A stretch of DNA of 64,000 nucleotides from an uncultured Candidatus Saccharibacteria bacterium (lineage in GTDB: Bacteria > Patescibacteriota > Minisyncoccia > Phycocordibacterales > PALSA-1337). This document shows, in pieces, positions 19,307 through 29,882 of this stretch. A program made the translations under genes and the position numbers. The notes under the pieces are model-generated. The model was given only the letters and a program-made list of their open reading frames with translations. It was not told the DNA's origin and searched no databases. The stretch spans positions 107,284 to 171,283 of the forward strand of contig CAZBVQ010000002.1 in assembly GCA_964495685.1 (NCBI GenBank). The letters run 5' to 3'. Positions within the stretch are counted from its first letter, which is position 1. Each line of letters opens with the position of its first letter.

Positions 19307-19443
19307 GGAATTAAGGTAAAAGCTATGTGGGTAACACTCATATTCTATCATATACACAATCGATTTCGTATGTGCTATGCTCGGAAGTGGCTTAGAGTAG
19401 TAAATGGCACGACCTGTGCCACACAACCCAAGGAGTACCTCGT

Positions 19444-19989
19444 ATGTTTCGTGAAGAAGTTACGACAGGATCGGTCCCATCTCAGACGACATCCCCATCC
19501 GAATTCGAGAAATTCGTGGAGCAAATTGAAACCGAACTCCAAGTTCTCTGCGGAGGGACAGCCCGTAAATTCGGCCGTATGGTTAACCACTTCAAACCAA
19601 CGATGAACCGTCGTGGAATTCTTGCCAACCCTGAAGTCCAATACGTCTACGACCTCAGACTCCATTGTGGCAAACCCTGCCCACTGGTGATCATGGAGTC
19701 AGACGAAGACTTGAATACCTTCCTTCAACGATGTCGAGACAGTGACACCTTCATTCCAGCAATCGCCCCTCTCCCAAAAGAAGAGACCGAGGACAAGAAA
19801 GAACTACCCTACGAGCTACGCAAGCGAATCTTCAATATCCTCAAACGCTGGTTACGGCATCGACGACACGTTCGTCAGCATCAACACAAGGACAAGGCAC
19901 ATCAGCGAATGGTCATGCGTTCGGAACGGCGCTCACAACACAGTGTATTGCGCGGTCAGTATCCCCACACCTACCTGGTACGAACCTGA
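19444..19989 (+). CDS. Hypothetical protein
   Basis: 181-aa ORF between gapA and pyrD. It has a His/Arg-rich C-terminus and no motif recognised. Confidence 0.3.
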   Translation: MFREEVTTGSVPSQTTSPSEFEKFVEQIETELQVLCGGTARKFGRMVNHFKPTMNRRGILANPEVQYVYDLRLHCGKPCPLVIMESDEDLNTFLQRCRDSDTFIPAIAPLPKEETEDKKELPYELRKRIFNILKRWLRHRRHVRQHQHKDKAHQRMVMRSERRSQHSVLRGQYPHTYLVRT

Positions 19990-20035
19990 TCCGCTTCATC
20001 CTCTCTCACGCGCAGCCACCCCGGTTGCGCGCTTT

Positions 20036-21109
20036 TTATTTCCCTTTCATTGTCGCATACGCCTTCCCCATCTTCTTGATGAGTCCCGGTCCCTCAAATA
20101 TCATTCCTGTGATGACTTGAATGAGATCTGCACCGGCATCGAATTTCTCTTTCATAGTCTCGACTGACATCACACCCCCGACGCCGATAATGGTGAATCG
20201 CCGACCGAATGTTTCGCGTGTTTTGTAGATAAGATCCGTCGACACATGCGTACATGGCTTGCCCGAAAGTCCTCCCTTGAATGTCTTCGGGGCATCTTCT
20301 GCTACGTCGAGTGAATGATAGTCCTTGTTGAGATTGCCGATAACTACACCCTGGAATCCCGCGACATCAATGACCTTGAGCAGTGAATTGAACTGGTCCC
20401 ATGGGATATTGATGGGCATTTTGACATATACAGGTTTGGTACACGGTACTGTTTTGAGCGCATTCACTAATTTGGTCAGCAATTCTGGGGTCGTGAATGC
20501 CTCTCCACCGAATGAATTGGGACATGAAATGTTGATCGTGTAATAGTCGCCGACTCCCGCCTCATTCAAGCGCTTGAATGAATAGAGATAATCAGCGATA
20601 CCCTCTTCAACAGACACCGAGCACGTATCATTGGTGCGTGCGATCGAAATTCCAACAACGAATCCTGAATCCGTATTCGCTCTTCGTTCGGCCGCCTTCA
20701 ATCTCCCGATAACAACATCCACCCCATCATTTTTGAGACCTTTGTTGACCAGAATGCTCTGCGAACGCGGCAACCGAGTCAGCCGTGGAGCTGGATTGCC
20801 TGCACACGGACGTGCCGTGACTGATCCGACTTCTTCTCCCCCGAGGCCAATGTGCCCGAGTGTACGAGTGAGATGCCCATTGTAGTCGAAACCAGCCGAA
20901 AGCAAGAATGGTGTGCGATAGGTGATACCATCTACCGTTTTGGAAATGCGAGGACCATGGTAGCCATACACCAGATCAATAAGCCATGCGAGGGGTCGAC
21001 ATGAAGCGATCATGCGACCAATAGCAACGAACCATTCATGCACCTTCTCAGGGTCGAAATGGAAGAGAATGGGCTTGAGAATATGCTTGTAGAGCATAGT
21101 ACGACTCAC
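20036..21109 (-). CDS. pyrD: Dihydroorotate dehydrogenase (quinone), class 2
   Basis: FLLSAGFDYNG, NISCPN and GGLSG motifs in a TIM-barrel FMN enzyme, with the N-terminal extension typical of membrane-associated class 2 enzymes. Confidence 0.8.
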   Translation of the reverse strand: MSRTMLYKHILKPILFHFDPEKVHEWFVAIGRMIASCRPLAWLIDLVYGYHGPRISKTVDGITYRTPFLLSAGFDYNGHLTRTLGHIGLGGEEVGSVTARPCAGNPAPRLTRLPRSQSILVNKGLKNDGVDVVIGRLKAAERRANTDSGFVVGISIARTNDTCSVSVEEGIADYLYSFKRLNEAGVGDYYTINISCPNSFGGEAFTTPELLTKLVNALKTVPCTKPVYVKMPINIPWDQFNSLLKVIDVAGFQGVVIGNLNKDYHSLDVAEDAPKTFKGGLSGKPCTHVSTDLIYKTRETFGRRFTIIGVGGVMSVETMKEKFDAGADLIQVITGMIFEGPGLIKKMGKAYATMKGK

Positions 21110-21162
21110 TATACCATATCAGACAAAAAAGGTTGTGCTATAATTCAAGACAACAAACTCAT

Positions 21163-22686
21163 ATGCCTTTCATCAAAAAACACCCCCTCATTTCGGGCGC
21201 CCTTATTCTTGTCATTGCAATCATCCTCATCACCCTCCTTTTCGGCAGCAAAGGAGTCGAAGAACAAACCATGATCGTGCAACGTGCCTCCTATGTGAAC
21301 AAAGTCGCTGTTTCTGGCAAGGTCGTAGCTGCCCAAGGATCTGACCTCGGTTTCGACCAGAGTGGACGAGTATCCTCAGTCACGGTACACGTCGGCGACA
21401 AGGTCAAAGCAGGTACGATCATCGCCTCCATCGACAACGGTGCCATCCGTGCCGATATCGTGCAAAAACAAGCCACCCTCGAAAAAGAGCGTGCCAAACT
21501 AGCAGCACTCGAACGTGGTACTCGCACCGAAGAACTCGCCGAAGCAGAACAAACATATACCGATGCCTCATCGGCACTACTCATTGCCCTCCGGAATGCA
21601 CACGTAGAGATCGAGGGTGCCCTCATAACAAAAATAGACTCACTATTCATCAATGGCAACACATCCAATCCAGAAATAACTATCCGCACCCAGAGTTTCA
21701 ATGAGAAACGAAGTATCGAAAACGAACGCCTCGTCGTGGGAGAAAAGGTGGGTCATTGGAAAACAGCACTCTCCACCCTATCGCCCACGCCTGATGCTGC
21801 AGCCATAGCATCCGCACGGACAATCAGTACCGATACAATCAGAGCCGTCAAATCATTCGTGGATCGCCTCGCGACGATCGCAGGTGCCATGACACCAGCA
21901 AATTCTGGCGTACAACAAGCAGACATCGATACTGATCTCCAGGCCGTCAATGCCGCCGCCGTCCAAGTAGGTGACGCCGCAACCGCCGAACAGACGGCTT
22001 ACGCAGCATGGACATCAGCCACACGTACCCTCACACTCAAGCAGGCCGGCTCCGCATCAGAAGATATCACTGCTCAGGCGGCCCAAGTCCGTTCGGCCGA
22101 AGCAGATGTGGCCAGTGCCGATGCACAACTCCGCAAAGCGTTGATCATAGCTCCCTACGATGGCACCATCACCAAGATGGACCTCAAAGTCGGAGAAATT
22201 GTTTCTCCGAGCGCATCCGAAGTCTCCATCATGGGCACCAACACCTTCGAAGTTGATAGCTATATTCCTGAGGTGTACATCGCTCAGATTTCTACCGACA
22301 ACAAGGCAACCCTGACCCTCGATGCATTCGGTAATGATGTCGTATTCAATGCAGCTGTCACCTCCATCGATCCGGGCGAGACCATCAGAGATGGCGTCTC
22401 AACCTACAAGACCAAGCTCCAGCTCGTCGACGGTGATCCACGTATCCGTTCAGGTATGACCGCCAATATCCAGATCATCACCGAGACCGAAGAAGGTGCC
22501 ATCGCTGTACCCCAGGGTGTCATCATCACCAAGGATGGGGCCAAGTATGTCCAGGTCCGTTCTGGCACAGAGGTCCACGAAGTCCCCGTGACTGTCGGCG
22601 GCACTGCTGGTTTCGGTCAGGTCGAGATTCTTTCGGGCTTGAATGAAGGCGACGTCGTCATCCTTCCCCCTGTCACCACCAACTAA
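21163..22686 (+). CDS. HlyD/MacA-family periplasmic adaptor (membrane fusion protein)
   Basis: N-terminal TM anchor, a biotinyl/lipoyl-like hairpin (VKAGTIIASIDN), a long coiled coil and a C-terminal beta-barrel. It precedes FtsX-permease and ATPase genes. The start is taken at the internal Met (MPFIKKHPL). Confidence 0.7.
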   Translation: MPFIKKHPLISGALILVIAIILITLLFGSKGVEEQTMIVQRASYVNKVAVSGKVVAAQGSDLGFDQSGRVSSVTVHVGDKVKAGTIIASIDNGAIRADIVQKQATLEKERAKLAALERGTRTEELAEAEQTYTDASSALLIALRNAHVEIEGALITKIDSLFINGNTSNPEITIRTQSFNEKRSIENERLVVGEKVGHWKTALSTLSPTPDAAAIASARTISTDTIRAVKSFVDRLATIAGAMTPANSGVQQADIDTDLQAVNAAAVQVGDAATAEQTAYAAWTSATRTLTLKQAGSASEDITAQAAQVRSAEADVASADAQLRKALIIAPYDGTITKMDLKVGEIVSPSASEVSIMGTNTFEVDSYIPEVYIAQISTDNKATLTLDAFGNDVVFNAAVTSIDPGETIRDGVSTYKTKLQLVDGDPRIRSGMTANIQIITETEEGAIAVPQGVIITKDGAKYVQVRSGTEVHEVPVTVGGTAGFGQVEILSGLNEGDVVILPPVTTN

Positions 22687-22688
22687 GC

Positions 22689-23945
22689 ATGTCTTCACTG
22701 CTCAACGTCCGTATTGGCTCATTCCTGGCACTCCGCCAGATCAAACGTTCCAGCAAATGGACCACCGTTTTGATCATTTTCGTCATGGTTCTGACGTTCC
22801 TCAACTTGGTGGTCGTCTCTGGCGTACTCGTCGGACTCATCCAGGGTTCTGTCGATGCACAACGTCGCCAATACACAAGTGACGTCATCTTGTCGACTCT
22901 GAGCACCAAGACGTACATCGAGCACAGCGCCGACATCATCGCTCTCCTGCGCTCATTGCCCGAAGTAGATGCCGTCAGTCCACGTTATACCAGTGGCGTA
23001 TCACTCGAAGCCAACTACAAGACGCGCATCAATCAGACCGACAAAGCAAATACTGCTGGCGGCGAGCTCGTCGGCATCGATCCCGTGAGCGAGAATGAGA
23101 TCACTAATCTGTCCAAATACGTCATTGAGGGCTCCTACCTCTCCCCGACCGATTATGACCAGATCTTGCTCGGTTCATTCCTGGTCAAGAAATATGTGCC
23201 CGTCAACAACCCTGGTTTCAGCGCTCTCGAAAACATCGAGCCGGGCACCAAGATCCGCATCAAGGTCAACGGCATCACTCGCGAAGTCACCGTCAAAGGA
23301 ATCTTGAAGAGTAAAGTCAACGAAACAGGCTTGCGCTCATTCATGGTGGATAGTCAGCTGCGCAGCTTGATCGGCAGGAATGACTTCAACGTCGGCGAGA
23401 TCGCGATACGCCTCAAGCCAGGTGCTGATCCTGTACGTGTCCGCGACATGCTGGTACGAAGTGGTGTCGACAAAGTCGCCAAAGTGCAGACCTACGTCGA
23501 TGCGCAGCCCAAATTCCTCAAAGATATCAAGGATACCTTCGCCCTCCTCGGCAACATGATCAGCTCCATCGGTCTCGTCGTGGCTTCTATCACTATATTC
23601 ATCGTCATTTTCATCAACGCTATTACGCGCAGGAAATTCATCGGTATCTTGAAAGGTATCGGCATCAACGGCAAAGCCATCGAGATCTCGTATGTCATCC
23701 AATCAGTCTTCTACGCAGCGTGTGGATCAGCTATCGGTCTCCTCATCGTGTACGGTCTACTCCAACCCATGATCGCCGCACATCCGATCGACTTCCCCTT
23801 CAGTGATGGCATCTTGGTGGCACCATTCGGTGAGACACTGCTCCGTGTCGCCCTACTCATCTTCGCCACCATTATTGCCGGATACATTCCTGCCCGCATG
23901 ATCGTCAGGAAGAATACGCTGGATTCGATATTAGGTAGGAAATAA
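22689..23945 (+). CDS. ABC transporter permease, FtsX/MacB family
   Basis: 418 aa with an N-terminal TM helix, a large extracytoplasmic domain and a C-terminal three-TM FtsX-like region. It forms the operon adaptor-permease-ATPase. Confidence 0.7.
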   Translation: MSSLLNVRIGSFLALRQIKRSSKWTTVLIIFVMVLTFLNLVVVSGVLVGLIQGSVDAQRRQYTSDVILSTLSTKTYIEHSADIIALLRSLPEVDAVSPRYTSGVSLEANYKTRINQTDKANTAGGELVGIDPVSENEITNLSKYVIEGSYLSPTDYDQILLGSFLVKKYVPVNNPGFSALENIEPGTKIRIKVNGITREVTVKGILKSKVNETGLRSFMVDSQLRSLIGRNDFNVGEIAIRLKPGADPVRVRDMLVRSGVDKVAKVQTYVDAQPKFLKDIKDTFALLGNMISSIGLVVASITIFIVIFINAITRRKFIGILKGIGINGKAIEISYVIQSVFYAACGSAIGLLIVYGLLQPMIAAHPIDFPFSDGILVAPFGETLLRVALLIFATIIAGYIPARMIVRKNTLDSILGRK

Positions 23946-23954
23946 CTTACTTCC

Positions 23955-24632
23955 ATGATTGAAACACGCAATCTTCGCAAATCATTCAAGAACGGCATCG
24001 TCGAGACTGAGATTCTCAAGGGGATCGATTTCCACGTAGAACGCGGCGAGTTCGTAGCCATCATGGGACGTTCTGGCGCTGGTAAGAGTACCTTCATGTA
24101 CCAGATCAGTCTCCTCGACGAACCGACCTCAGGTGAGATTATCATCAATGGCGGCCACTATGCAGCCAAAATGAGTAACGAAGAAAAAACCGAGTTTCGT
24201 CTGACACGACTCGGCTATGTCTTCCAAGACTACGCCCTCATCCCCGAGCTCACCGCTCTCGAAAACGTCGCCCTACCGCTCCTCATGCAAGATATTTCAG
24301 AGAAGGACGCCTACGTCAAAGCTGGCGAAGCACTCAAGCGCGTCGGTCTAGCTGGTCATATGTATCAGTTGCCGAGTCAGCTCTCTGGTGGTGAACAGCA
24401 ACGCGTCAGTATTTCTCGCGCGATCGCCCATACACCAGATATCCTATTCGCTGATGAGCCGACGGCGAACCTCGATAACGAATCATCCAAAGTGGTGATG
24501 AATATATTCCTCGATCTGCACCGTGCAGGTCAGACTATCATCATGGTTACTCATGAACCTGAGTACGGCAAAATGGCACAGAAGATCGTCAGGTTGGATG
24601 ATGGGAGGATTGTGGATATTGTGAAGAATTAG
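23955..24632 (+). CDS. ABC transporter ATP-binding protein (MacB/LolD-like)
   Basis: Walker A GRSGAGKST, signature LSGGEQQRVSISRA and Walker B ILFADEPT. Confidence 0.85.
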   Translation: MIETRNLRKSFKNGIVETEILKGIDFHVERGEFVAIMGRSGAGKSTFMYQISLLDEPTSGEIIINGGHYAAKMSNEEKTEFRLTRLGYVFQDYALIPELTALENVALPLLMQDISEKDAYVKAGEALKRVGLAGHMYQLPSQLSGGEQQRVSISRAIAHTPDILFADEPTANLDNESSKVVMNIFLDLHRAGQTIIMVTHEPEYGKMAQKIVRLDDGRIVDIVKN

Positions 24633-24639
24633 CTTCATT

Positions 24640-26127
24640 TTACTGTTTCTCTGTCTTCTTTTTATTATTTATAAACTCAAACATATTTAAAATTCTTATA
24701 AGCCGTCGCTTTTTAAGATCTTCTGCAGAATTCTCTGTATAATTCAAGTCATTTAATTCTTGAATGTAAGTCTTTAGTTTTTCTTTGGTGAATTCATAAG
24801 GAAACAGAATGAGCGCCAATTCTACCGTAGCTTTTGTATCTACTTCTATTTGTTCTTGGAGGTATCTTGAAAAATTTTTAATAGAATCATTATCTCCAAT
24901 AAGCATTCTACTCGTAAATCCAAAGTTAGTACCTCTCTCTACCAGAGACTTCATTCGGCCTCTTTCGGCCCATGGCCGTATAAGTAGGGTTAGAAGTTGT
25001 GCCCATGTCATTGGATCAACTGTCGGGAAAAGATTTGAAGCAACCTCATCAAGCTGTTTATCAAAATCTTGATCTTGTTGTTGCTGAATACGAGACTGCG
25101 CCCAATGAAGGAACTGCTCAAGCCAGATTTTTGATATAAAATTATCTTTATTTTGAAAAGTTTCTTTTGTAGTCTTCCATTCTGGAGGGAAATATCCTCT
25201 TCCTTGCTGATCACCCCATGCGTCATATGCTTCATTTGAATCTGCAACATTATCAAAAAATGTTTTCGAAATAGAGCTTAAGAAAAGTTGCTTCAAGTAG
25301 TCTGGTTCTTTTTCTTGTACATGCTTTTTTAAGTTCTCAAACAAGAGAAATAATGTTCCTTTTTGAAGTGCTGACCGTACGAGTTTTTCAATAAGTTGCC
25401 GAAGAACACTTCGAATAATATATGCCCCATTTACATATTTATCTTTACTATCAAGACGGTTTTTATGTCTAAGGAACGAGACATGATTCCACTCCAGAAT
25501 TTTTTCAAATAAATCACCGAAAATAACCCAGTCATATAAAGACCGCTTATCAAGATGTGCCGCAAAGGTACTCATGTACCTTGAAGACCTGTTAGATTCA
25601 TCATTGGATACTAAGAAATCGAAATGCTGAATAAATACTTTTATCAGATTACGTTCTTCAATGATACTCTCAATCTTTTTAGACCATGTCATTCCCCAAA
25701 TTTTGTTTTTTTCATCCCAGTCGCCTTTTTCAGTAAGATATTCATTGCGCAGTTTATTTCTAAAATTATCTAGATCAGTGACGTTGTCACTATCTAGAGT
25801 TCTCATCCAACGATATGAATTTAATAGAGTTTGAATTATTAGTGTAATACCACCAGCAAATGCAACAAAAAGAATAGATCGAAAACCCTCCAAGTACCAC
25901 AAAAATATGGGAATAAAAACCAGACAAATAGCCACGAGAAACTTCTTAGCTTTGATAACCTTTTCTATTATCACGATCCGATCCCACCCAACACCCCCAC
26001 GAGCTTCTTCTAAAAGGAAGATTACTAATGGGATAAATATGGTGAGCAGTGCAATACCAAAACCTTGCATTGCATCAGGTAACAATTTGGCATCTAGGAA
26101 TTTATTAAAAACGCACACGATAATCAT
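24640..26127 (-). CDS. Membrane protein of unknown function co-transcribed with lexA: three N-terminal TM helices plus a cytoplasmic domain of about 380 aa
   Basis: Its ATG lies 16 nt downstream of the lexA stop on the same strand, preceded by AAAGG. GC is about 35% by eye, against about 50% for lexA. No motif recognised. Confidence 0.5.
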   Translation of the reverse strand: MIIVCVFNKFLDAKLLPDAMQGFGIALLTIFIPLVIFLLEEARGGVGWDRIVIIEKVIKAKKFLVAICLVFIPIFLWYLEGFRSILFVAFAGGITLIIQTLLNSYRWMRTLDSDNVTDLDNFRNKLRNEYLTEKGDWDEKNKIWGMTWSKKIESIIEERNLIKVFIQHFDFLVSNDESNRSSRYMSTFAAHLDKRSLYDWVIFGDLFEKILEWNHVSFLRHKNRLDSKDKYVNGAYIIRSVLRQLIEKLVRSALQKGTLFLLFENLKKHVQEKEPDYLKQLFLSSISKTFFDNVADSNEAYDAWGDQQGRGYFPPEWKTTKETFQNKDNFISKIWLEQFLHWAQSRIQQQQDQDFDKQLDEVASNLFPTVDPMTWAQLLTLLIRPWAERGRMKSLVERGTNFGFTSRMLIGDNDSIKNFSRYLQEQIEVDTKATVELALILFPYEFTKEKLKTYIQELNDLNYTENSAEDLKKRRLIRILNMFEFINNKKKTEKQ

Positions 26128-26143
26128 ATTGGCCTTTTAATAT

Positions 26144-26710
26144 TTAATACTTCCTCACCACTCCCGTCACCTTGGCAGCAATCTTGAGATCATACTCAGG
26201 ATAGATAGGATTGTACTTCTTGTTGGCGGGCTCGAGATAGACGCGGCCATTCTTGGTACGGTAATACTTCATGGTCCAGCCGCCATCCACCTCGGCGATC
26301 ACAATATCTCCCTCCTTGGGGACCGTGATACGCTCAGCGACCACTAGATCACCCTCCTGGATACCCGCATCGATCATAGAGTCACCTTTGACTTCGAGGA
26401 GATACGTCTTGTCTTTGTCACTGATCAGATACTCATCAATACTGAGTGTGTCCAACACCGTCTCCTCTGCCACCGTCGGAAACCCAGCCTCTACCAGCCC
26501 AAGCATCGGTACTTCACCGACCAATTTGTTGGGGATCAAGCGACCGCTCGAATCTTTGTCGAGCACACCTTCACCGATCAGTTTGTTGACCAGCTTGTAG
26601 ACGGCGTTCTTGGACTTGAAACCGACCAGCTCCATGATCTCTGAATACGACGGCATGCGCTTGGTCCGTTTGTAGAAATTGATGATTTTGTGTCTGTAGG
26701 AATCACTCAT
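26144..26710 (-). CDS. lexA: LexA repressor (wHTH plus S24 peptidase)
   Basis: N-terminal wHTH (YSEIMELVGFKSKNAVYKLVNKL), a cleavage-site region (VEAGFP), catalytic Ser in GDSM and Lys in a KVTGV context. Confidence 0.8.
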   Translation of the reverse strand: MSDSYRHKIINFYKRTKRMPSYSEIMELVGFKSKNAVYKLVNKLIGEGVLDKDSSGRLIPNKLVGEVPMLGLVEAGFPTVAEETVLDTLSIDEYLISDKDKTYLLEVKGDSMIDAGIQEGDLVVAERITVPKEGDIVIAEVDGGWTMKYYRTKNGRVYLEPANKKYNPIYPEYDLKIAAKVTGVVRKY

Positions 26711-27183
26711 AGTATTGGTTCATTGTACCTCTCTTTGTGTCCTCGTTACAGTCCACGAAGCTTACGGACTCGGGGAAAATACGCACGCTTCATGAACTTG
26801 AATGAGGACACGAAGGGCATCTAATTGAACGCGAAATTGAACAACTGAAGGATAGATCGACGTGGTGATAATCGTGCGAGCTGTGACATCAAGAACTTGT
26901 GACGCATCGATAGACGGCGGTATGGCAGGCCCTGGATGATGCGTAGATCAATGTCCTGATTGATACGATCCAACTCCATACGAATGGTACGAATTGCTTG
27001 ATATTTACTCATGGTAGCTAATTGATTAGTGGTAAGGTCGCGGAGCCTGCGAAGTCACATATCGGCAGAATAACGCCTGTTCTATATCCTACTGATGATA
27101 TGACTCCGGCGACTTCTCGACTGAATATAAGTATAGGTGAACTATCGTTCACCTGCAAGTCAAATCTGTGGATAACTAGATTT

Positions 27184-28167
27184 CTACTGCCCCACGTTGG
27201 TACCCTCAATAAGTTTGGGCTTATTGGGATCGACGGCCGGCAATGGTGGCACATAGCGTGTACCTGGTATAGGAGCCGACGGCTCACTCGGCGCCGGTTG
27301 ATTCGGACTCGAATTACCTCCTGACGTATCTGTAGTTTGCGGCTGCGGTGTACTAGAAGTATCTGGCGTCGTCCCACTTCCCGTGTCAGACGGTGTCGAC
27401 GGATTATTGATCGTCGTCAGTGTTTGCTGAAGATCATCCACCTTGGACTGAGTATCTTTGACCTCTTGTTGTTGCTGCTGCACGATCGATGGCGGCACCG
27501 ACGGCTGATTGATATCAGATATAGCTTGGTTGACATCCTCGATAATAATATTGACCTGATTCTGGTCAGCAGCAATTTCCGCAGGTGTCAGACCAGAATT
27601 GTCTGGCGTCAATTGATCGACTAATTTCTTGAGCTCATCAATGTATGTTTTGACTTCCTGGGCATATCCAGCTGATGTAGCAGCGGCTCCTGGAGCAACA
27701 CTGGCAACAGGATCGTTGACCAATTTTTTCCATTCCTGCAAAACATCAGCAATCTTCTGACGGTCCTCATTGATCTTCTGCTGGAGCTGTTGGAGTGCTG
27801 GAGTCGCTGTACCCTCGAGCTTGGCCTGTGCCGCAATGTCGTCAGCAACATCCATGACATGATTGAGAACATTGTCATAGACTTCTTCGCGCGCGACGGC
27901 GAGCGCCTGTGGCGAACTGGCATAATTGATGAATAGGTTGAGACGTTCGAGCTCAGCCGAAGCGACAGAGCGCGCCTTGGCTAGTTCTGCAGCCACCTGC
28001 TCGACACTAGCATGAGTCGTAGCCAATTGTTGACCGCGAGCGACCTGGGCATCCTTCTCCTGATTCTGATTGTGTACACGTACACCGACGTAGACGCCAC
28101 CACCGACGAGTACCACCACGAAAAGTGATGAGATGATCACGCCTGGCTGTAACAGAAGTCCTTTCAT
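27184..28167 (-). CDS. Membrane-anchored coiled-coil protein with an S/T/P-rich low-complexity C-terminus
   Basis: Single N-terminal TM, long heptad-like Q/A/E-rich region, then TPSDTGSGTTPDTSSTPQPQTTDTSGG. Confidence 0.4.
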   Translation of the reverse strand: MKGLLLQPGVIISSLFVVVLVGGGVYVGVRVHNQNQEKDAQVARGQQLATTHASVEQVAAELAKARSVASAELERLNLFINYASSPQALAVAREEVYDNVLNHVMDVADDIAAQAKLEGTATPALQQLQQKINEDRQKIADVLQEWKKLVNDPVASVAPGAAATSAGYAQEVKTYIDELKKLVDQLTPDNSGLTPAEIAADQNQVNIIIEDVNQAISDINQPSVPPSIVQQQQQEVKDTQSKVDDLQQTLTTINNPSTPSDTGSGTTPDTSSTPQPQTTDTSGGNSSPNQPAPSEPSAPIPGTRYVPPLPAVDPNKPKLIEGTNVGQ

Positions 28168-28905
28168 TTATGCTTTGCCTAGAAAGACCTTTTCTAATAC
28201 ACCAGTCGAAATAATGTCGCGCGGATGGCCCTCAGCATAGACTCGACCCTTGTCGAGCACATAGGCGCGCGTGGTGATTTCAAGTAATGATTTGAGATTG
28301 TGTTCGACAACGACGATGGCCATCTTACGACGTTCATTGATCTCCTTCACTTTCGCAAAAACTTCTTTGACTATCTTGGGCGCAAGGCCGAGCGACGGTT
28401 CGTCGAGGAGGAGAATTTTGGGATCAGTCATGAGGCCGCGTGCAATAGCAAGCATCTGTTGTTGACCTCCTGAGAGCGTACCCGACTTTGCTTTGAGTTT
28501 GCCACGGAGTGCAGGAAAAAGATCGAGGACATTCTCCATGCGCTCTTTGCGCTCTGCAGCACTTGCGATAGACCAGCCGCCAATCTCGATATTTTCGTAG
28601 ACCGTGAGATGCTTGAACACCCGTCGCCCTTGTGGCACGAATGAAATGCCGCGATGGACGACTTCATGTGAGACTGGCTTGAATTCATGACCTTCCCAGA
28701 GGACCTTGCCCGTCTCGATGGGCGCTAGACCAAAAATAGCTTTGAGAATAGTAGATTTGCCGGCACCATTGGGTCCCATAAGTGCTACAACTTCACCTTC
28801 ATCAATAGAAACAGAGGTGCCGGCCAATGCTTTGACTCCACCATAGTGGACATGAATGTCGTGAAGTGACAGGAGAGTTTCCGCTGATTTCGTGGCCTGA
28901 GTCAT
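28168..28905 (-). CDS. livF: Branched-chain amino-acid ABC transporter ATP-binding protein (LivF-like)
   Basis: Walker A GPNGAGKST, signature LSGGQQQMLAIAR and Walker B LLLDEPS. Confidence 0.8.
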   Translation of the reverse strand: MTQATKSAETLLSLHDIHVHYGGVKALAGTSVSIDEGEVVALMGPNGAGKSTILKAIFGLAPIETGKVLWEGHEFKPVSHEVVHRGISFVPQGRRVFKHLTVYENIEIGGWSIASAAERKERMENVLDLFPALRGKLKAKSGTLSGGQQQMLAIARGLMTDPKILLLDEPSLGLAPKIVKEVFAKVKEINERRKMAIVVVEHNLKSLLEITTRAYVLDKGRVYAEGHPRDIISTGVLEKVFLGKA

Positions 28906-29540
28906 GGGTATATTATGACATTCTTGCGTATGTGTTGCAAAAAGATGGAAGGCTGATAGGATAACGTAAACGGAAGAAAGGACCGTTCGTCCATGAAAAA
29001 TCCATTGCTCGCAGAAGCTATTCTCGCGGGACAGGATGTTGTGGTAACGGTTATTGGAAACGAGTTGGCTGTTGGGGCACTCAAAATGAATCTCAAACGG
29101 ACAGACCCTCGTGTCTCGTTTGGTGGTTCACGAGTGCTCCAGGATGGTCTGGAGCAGACTGTCCGGATACCGGCATCAGACGTCGAAGGGATACGTCATA
29201 GTATCATCAGCGCTCTGAATCAAAGTCCTCTCGACATTCAATTCCAACCTCAACCGCACCATGAAAATCCTTCCCCGTCGTAACCCTCCCGATCGCGTCT
29301 TTCGCAGGACTTCTTCCTCGACTGGCGCGATTATTTTTTACATCATTTGACAGATTGGAAATGGCAACAAACACTTTTTTAGTGTTATGTCGTAGGAAAA
29401 TAACTCCATAAGCGCACAGACCCCATGAAGGGGTCTGTCATAGTCCTGTCGTCAGCAACAGTGCCGAACAATACCATCTTGGGCGCAACTCCAATGGCCA
29501 CAGGTTATTATTAGCTCAAATTATATACCTAGAAATTGAA

Positions 29541-29620
29541 CTGTCAATACTTCGTAATGGTTCAATAGCTTGGAATCACCTAAGTGATTTAAGCTATTGA
29601 ACCATTACGATATATTGACA
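29541..29620. repeat. 80-bp near-perfect palindrome containing 19-bp perfect inverted arms (cgtaatggttcaatagctt / aagctattgaaccattacg) and an inner 6-bp palindrome
   Basis: Read directly: ctgtcaatacttcgtaatggttcaatagcttggaatcac-ctaa-gtgatttaagctattgaaccattacgatatattgacaa. It lies in the 1-kb AT-rich gap between livF and SBP1. Confidence 0.7.
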
Positions 29621-29882
29621 AATAATAAATGTGTGCTATTATCAGTACAAATGAATGGTCCGAGTTTATTCGGACAACTGTTCAGCTTAGCGTTGGTGCT
29701 GTACATCATGATTGTGGGACTTCTCTACATCACGCAACAGCAGCGACTCATCCAGCCACTGAACAGGTGGATCCTCACACAAATCGGTCAGTTTCTCCGA
29801 GCGTTGGCTAGAGGTCTGTGCAGGGCGCTCGAGGGATTCTTCAGATGGCTGGGCTCGCTTTTTTAGGAGCCCGGCTGTTTTT

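Noticed and set aside
26711-26830. Candidate LexA operator upstream of lexA (inverted gtcctc...gaggac about 60 nt apart, cgaag/cttcg fragments)
   Set aside because: The arms are too far apart and too short to call. The LexA-box consensus for this lineage is unknown to me, so no site is reported.
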